DNA of 64,000 bases from Bacteroidales bacterium (GTDB lineage Bacteria > Bacteroidota > Bacteroidia > Bacteroidales > WCHB1-69). The stretch spans positions 154,128 to 218,127 of the forward strand of contig JAVBLM010000019.1 of NCBI GenBank assembly GCA_031553535.1, written 5' to 3'. Made by a program: the position numbers and the translations under genes. Of this stretch, positions 60,458 through 64,000 are shown piece after piece; within the stretch, counting starts at the first letter, position 1; each line of letters opens with the position of its first letter. The notes under the pieces are model-generated. The model was not told where the DNA came from and made no database searches. It saw only the letters and a program-made list of their open reading frames with translations.

Positions 60458-60465
60458 TAATTTTG
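60458..60465 (+). promoter_or_regulatory. candidate -7 promoter box (TAATTTTG) immediately upstream of recR
   Basis: Matches TAnnTTTG and ends 5 nt before ATG 60471, which implies a leaderless or near-leaderless mRNA. Confidence 0.35.
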
Positions 60466-60470
60466 CATAT

Positions 60471-61100
60471 ATGCAGAATTATTCATCAAAACTTTTAGAA
60501 AACGCAGTTAATCAAATATCCAAACTTCCGGGCATAGGAAAGCGGACAGCTATAAGATTGGCGCTATACCTTCTTAAACAATCGCCGGAGGATGTATCCG
60601 CTTTTACATCTTCTATTCTGGCAATGCGTAATGATGTATTTTTTTGCATAAACTGTCATAATATCTCTGATAATGAACAATGCGAAATTTGCCGGGACCC
60701 GCAAAGGAATAAAACACTTGTTTGTGTTGTACAGGATATTCGTGATGTAATCGCTATCGAAAACACCCATGCTTACCGTGGTGTTTATCACATTCTGGGA
60801 GGGGTTATTTCCCCAATGAATGGAATCGGAGTAGCCGAATTGAATCTGCAATCATTATTCGAACGCATGCAAAACGAAGCAATTGAAGAAATCGTGCTGG
60901 CTCTGCCTTCAACAACGGAAGGAGATACAACAGGATACTACATATTTAAACATGTACAATCTTCGGGATATCCTACTAAAGTAACTGTCATTGCCCGCGG
61001 ATTATCGGTTGGCGATGAATTGGAATATGCCGATGAAATAACGCTGAGCAGATCATTATTAAACCGGCTCGATTTTGAATCATCCATATTAAAGAAATAG
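60471..61100 (+). CDS. recR: recombination protein RecR
   Basis: 209 aa from ATG 60471. It has the HhH LPGIGKRTAIRLA, the C4 zinc finger CINCHN..CEIC and a Toprim domain (VCVVQDIRD). The track start at 60420 adds 17 non-conserved residues. Confidence 0.9.
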   Translation: MQNYSSKLLENAVNQISKLPGIGKRTAIRLALYLLKQSPEDVSAFTSSILAMRNDVFFCINCHNISDNEQCEICRDPQRNKTLVCVVQDIRDVIAIENTHAYRGVYHILGGVISPMNGIGVAELNLQSLFERMQNEAIEEIVLALPSTTEGDTTGYYIFKHVQSSGYPTKVTVIARGLSVGDELEYADEITLSRSLLNRLDFESSILKK

Positions 61101-61200
61101 TTTCGAATGAAATGTCCATGAAATAAAAGTCCCACACTCAACGGAAATAATTAGGAAGGACATTCCATGTGATCTTAATTCAAAATAAAAATATAAGCAG

Positions 61201-62346
61201 ATGAAATTTGATGTTTTTGACTTCTTTTCCCAGGTACTTATTATTACGTTTGTCGTAATCATGATGATGGTACTCATTGAATTTCTCAATGTCAAAACAC
61301 GAGGGAAATTGCTTGTTTTACTGGAAAAGCATCCAAGAATCCAGATCTGGATTGCCGCATTGCTGGGGCTGATTCCCGGTTGTATTGGAATCTTTGCGGT
61401 AGTGTCTTTATATACTCATCGTTTAGTGACTTTCGGAGCCTTGCTGGCAGCTGCCATTACCAGTTTTGGAGATGAAGCTTTCTTTATGATTTCACTCATC
61501 CCAAAGCAAACGCTGATCCTTGTCGTTATCTTATTTGGAATTGCTATCATAGCAGGATACATTACCGATTTGATTTCACACAGGAAAACAGCACAACAAA
61601 TCGACCAGGAAGATACGTTTGATGTACACCAGCACGATTCCTGTACAACACATACCGGAAAAGAAACAAAATATATTTTCGGTAAAGTTTCCATACACCG
61701 CGTTATTTCCATAGTAGTGGTTGGAATGTTCATTATAGGAATTACAACCGGTTCTCTGGGTCATGATCATTCCATCGCGGACAGTTTTTCTCTTCATTCG
61801 CATATAGAAGATCAAGAGGTAACAGATTGTGACCATAGCACCCATGATCACCGGCATATGGAGCATCATCATAGCCCGTTTTCAGGGGAGAATCTGGTTT
61901 TCCTTATCATTGCCGCATTCACATTTATCTTATTACTCACCGTAAATGATCATTTCTTCGAAGAACATATCTGGAATCATGTCATCAAGAAGCATTTTCT
62001 GAAAATTTTCATCTGGGTATTCTCTATCATGCTGCTTATAAAAATCGCCGGATTGTTTATTGATGTGGAAGCCTTTTCTTATAGCGCATGGGGAAAGGTC
62101 ATTTTGTTATTCTTCGCTTTATTAATAGCATTAATCCCTGAGTCGGGGCCGAATTTGATTATTTTGTTCCTTTTTATCGATGGAGTTATTCCATTTAGTA
62201 CTTTACTTGCAAATTCAATCTTACAGGAAGGCCATGGCGGATTGCCGCTTATCGCAGAAAAACCCAAGGATTTTTTAAAATTGAAGGTTATCAAGTTTAT
62301 AATTGCTTTAGTTGTCGGTTTGTCGGGATTGTACTTCGGGTTTTAA
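61201..62346 (+). CDS. putative 10-TM metal (manganese/heavy-metal) transporter with His-rich central loop
   Basis: 381 aa with two 5-TM halves separated by a loop rich in His/Asp (HDHSIADSFSLHSHIEDQEVTDCDHSTHDHRHMEHHHS). It resembles the ArsP_2 / 'putative manganese transporter' family from memory. Confidence 0.55.
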   Translation: MKFDVFDFFSQVLIITFVVIMMMVLIEFLNVKTRGKLLVLLEKHPRIQIWIAALLGLIPGCIGIFAVVSLYTHRLVTFGALLAAAITSFGDEAFFMISLIPKQTLILVVILFGIAIIAGYITDLISHRKTAQQIDQEDTFDVHQHDSCTTHTGKETKYIFGKVSIHRVISIVVVGMFIIGITTGSLGHDHSIADSFSLHSHIEDQEVTDCDHSTHDHRHMEHHHSPFSGENLVFLIIAAFTFILLLTVNDHFFEEHIWNHVIKKHFLKIFIWVFSIMLLIKIAGLFIDVEAFSYSAWGKVILLFFALLIALIPESGPNLIILFLFIDGVIPFSTLLANSILQEGHGGLPLIAEKPKDFLKLKVIKFIIALVVGLSGLYFGF

Positions 62347-62469
62347 TCAGTACAATACAGTCTATTTAAAAATATTGTACTTGCAATAAATGCAATCCCA
62401 TCGAAACGGAGCAAAATAAACCGTTTGTATTTATTCCCTCATTACGGGATGTCAAGGAATAGTATATGT

Positions 62470-62855
62470 TTCCCCCTGTAACATCTGTATAAACCTTTCC
62501 GAGAACTGGGACACCTATAAACGAGAGTAAATATATCTTTCCCAGAATTGGGACACCTATAAACGAGGATAAATATACCTTTCCCAGAGTTGGGACACCT
62601 ATAAACGAGGATGAATATACCTTTCCCAGGATTGGGATACCTCTAAACGAGAGTGAATATATCTTTCCCAGGATTGGGATACCTCTAAACGAGAGTGAAT
62701 ATATCTTTCCCAGGATTGGGATACCTCTAAACGAGGATAAATATACCTCTCCCAGAGTTGGGACACCTCTAAACGAGGGTGAATATACCTTTCCCAGGGT
62801 TGGGATACCTCCAAACGAGAGTGAATATATCTTTCCCAGAGCTGGGAAACATTCA
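62470..62855. repeat. tandem array E: 42-bp unit x ~9 with short palindrome
   Basis: The unit is CTTTCCCAGRRTTGGGAYACCTMTAAACGAGRRTRAATATAY. The anchor TCCCAG occurs at 62540/62582/62624/62666/62708/62750/62792/62834. The palindrome is TCCCA-GAAT-TGGGA. Confidence 0.93.
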
Positions 62856-63122
62856 TGCAAGAGTGCGGACATGTTGACAAAAGGACAATTCTTTTTAACA
62901 TTATTATTCCCCTCTGTTTAATTTTCTATTATTGGCCACTACCAATGATGCTTTTTCATTTGTTCTGTGTTATTTACCATTGATCATTATTTCTATAACT
63001 TCTATTGCCTGGAAGATCTTAATATCATCATTTCTGTTGTCATTTTACTATATCAACTTTGAACAAGTTCGAATGAAAAAATAGTGTATTTTTGTAATCC
63101 TTAACTATCGGTATATAAGCTT

Positions 63123-64000
63123 ATGAGAAAATTAATGATTGTGCTCTATATATTCTCTATAGGACATATTGCATTTGCCCAGGACGCATATTGGGTATTC
63201 TTCACTGATAAAAATAACACTTGTTTTGACCCTTTCAGCTATTTCGATTCTTATGCGATAGAACGAAGAATACAAAATAATATCTCACTATACGATTCGA
63301 CCGACTTTCCTCTAACATCCTCATACGTGGAAAAAGTAACTCTTTTAGCGGAAGAAGTTTTGGGAGAAACCCGATGGTTCAATGCCCTTGCTATCTTTGC
63401 CACAGAAGAAAATTTTTTAAAGATACAAACCTTCCCTTTTGTAAGAGAAATTGTTCCTATACGTTCATCTCTTATGCTTTGCCAATACCGTGATCTGATA
63501 AGTGAACAAGAAGTTCCTGTGAGCAATAACAATATTGATTCTTCCAAAACCATTTTTGCATCAGCCCAGGTACAACGTATGGAGGGAGACTCGTTTATTG
63601 AAAAAGGAATCGATGGAAAAGGAATCCGCATTGCTGTTTTTGACGGAGGATTTCCGGAAGTAGATACGCATATTGCTTTCGAACATTTACGGAAAAACAA
63701 CAAGATTATCAAAACATGGAATTTCTGCAACAAAAAAGAAGACGTATATGGTTACAGTTCTCACGGAAGAATGGTTCTTTCATGTATTGCCGGCATAAAA
63801 GGCAATCAAAAGCTAGGGCTTGCAACCGGAGCCGAATTCCTATTAGCCAGGACAGAAGTCGAGATAGAACGATACAAGGAAGAAGTATGGTGGCTAATGG
63901 CTGCAGAATGGGCAGATAAAAACGGCGCCCATATTATTAACAGTTCTTTAGGATATGGTGGGGAACGTTATTATCCATCACAGATGGATGGAAAATACTC
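63123..64000 (+). CDS. S8 family serine peptidase (subtilisin-like), partial (continues beyond window end)
   Basis: Absent from the ORF track because there is no stop. Manual translation from ATG 63123 gives MRKLMIVLYIFSIGHIAFAQ (signal peptide), then GKGIRIAVFDGGF (catalytic Asp motif) and SSHGRMVLSCIAG (catalytic His motif), and the frame is open to the window end. Confidence 0.75.
   Translation, partial: MRKLMIVLYIFSIGHIAFAQDAYWVFFTDKNNTCFDPFSYFDSYAIERRIQNNISLYDSTDFPLTSSYVEKVTLLAEEVLGETRWFNALAIFATEENFLKIQTFPFVREIVPIRSSLMLCQYRDLISEQEVPVSNNNIDSSKTIFASAQVQRMEGDSFIEKGIDGKGIRIAVFDGGFPEVDTHIAFEHLRKNNKIIKTWNFCNKKEDVYGYSSHGRMVLSCIAGIKGNQKLGLATGAEFLLARTEVEIERYKEEVWWLMAAEWADKNGAHIINSSLGYGGERYYPSQMDGKY

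Noticed and set aside
61101-61200. Possible yybP-ykoY (manganese) riboswitch upstream of the putative Mn transporter
   Set aside because: I looked for the conserved four-way-junction words of that class and found nothing resembling them. The region is short and AT-rich.
2899-62855. Interpreting the hairpin arrays as CRISPR arrays
   Set aside because: No unique spacers exist, because the whole 41-42 bp unit including the linker is repeated. There are no cas genes in the window, and no leader-like asymmetry beyond ordinary edge decay.
62366-62901. ORFs 62366-62872(-) and 62599-62901(-)
   Set aside because: These are two overlapping frames over array E and show the same artefact as the other arrays.
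63251-63919. ORFs 63251-63733(-) and 63716-63919(+)
   Set aside because: Both overlap the S8 peptidase CDS (63123 to window end), the first antisense and the second in another frame. That CDS has a signal peptide and catalytic Asp/His motifs.

Overview
This is a low-GC chromosomal segment that looks like Bacteroidota (Bacteroidia-like), judging from the protein sequences and TAnnTTTG-type promoter boxes. Most of it is ordinary housekeeping DNA. The conserved block tRNA-Thr/Tyr/Gly/Thr - tuf - tRNA-Trp - secE - nusG - rplK-rplA-rplJ-rplL - rpoB - rpoC - DUF3467 occupies about 27.9-41.3 kb on the minus strand. Other housekeeping genes are tRNA-Gly-ftsY-ispH-pyrF, an ABC-F ATPase, holB-pnp-lpxK, NIF3 plus a zinc-ribbon protein, RNase G, HU, recR, a U32 peptidase and a K+/H+ antiporter. 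A tightly packed six-gene sugar-nucleotide/glycosylation operon lies at 3.7-9.7 kb (fcl, gmd, HddC-like, HddA-like, methyltransferase, GT4). Two CDSs run off the window ends and are absent from the ORF track: an FG-GAP-like secreted protein at 1-897 (minus) and an S8 peptidase at 63123-64000 (plus). A 29-aa bS22-like micro-ORF was also found by hand. The unusual content is non-coding. (i) Six tandem arrays, representing at least five different unit sequences, all share a 41-42 bp period and a hairpin-plus-linker unit. They are not CRISPR because there are no unique spacers. (ii) A 64-nt module occurs four times, in both orientations, and folds as a gap-free four-way junction. (iii) A MITE-like family has 18-bp terminal inverted repeats (GAACTTGTCAAAAGTTGA) and carries that module. 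(iv) A decayed group II intron sits behind a terminator, and one of the 41-bp arrays now occupies the place of its reverse-transcriptase domain. I found no rRNA, CRISPR-cas, prophage or obvious defence/toxin system. All family calls rest on motif recognition by eye and no database search was possible.
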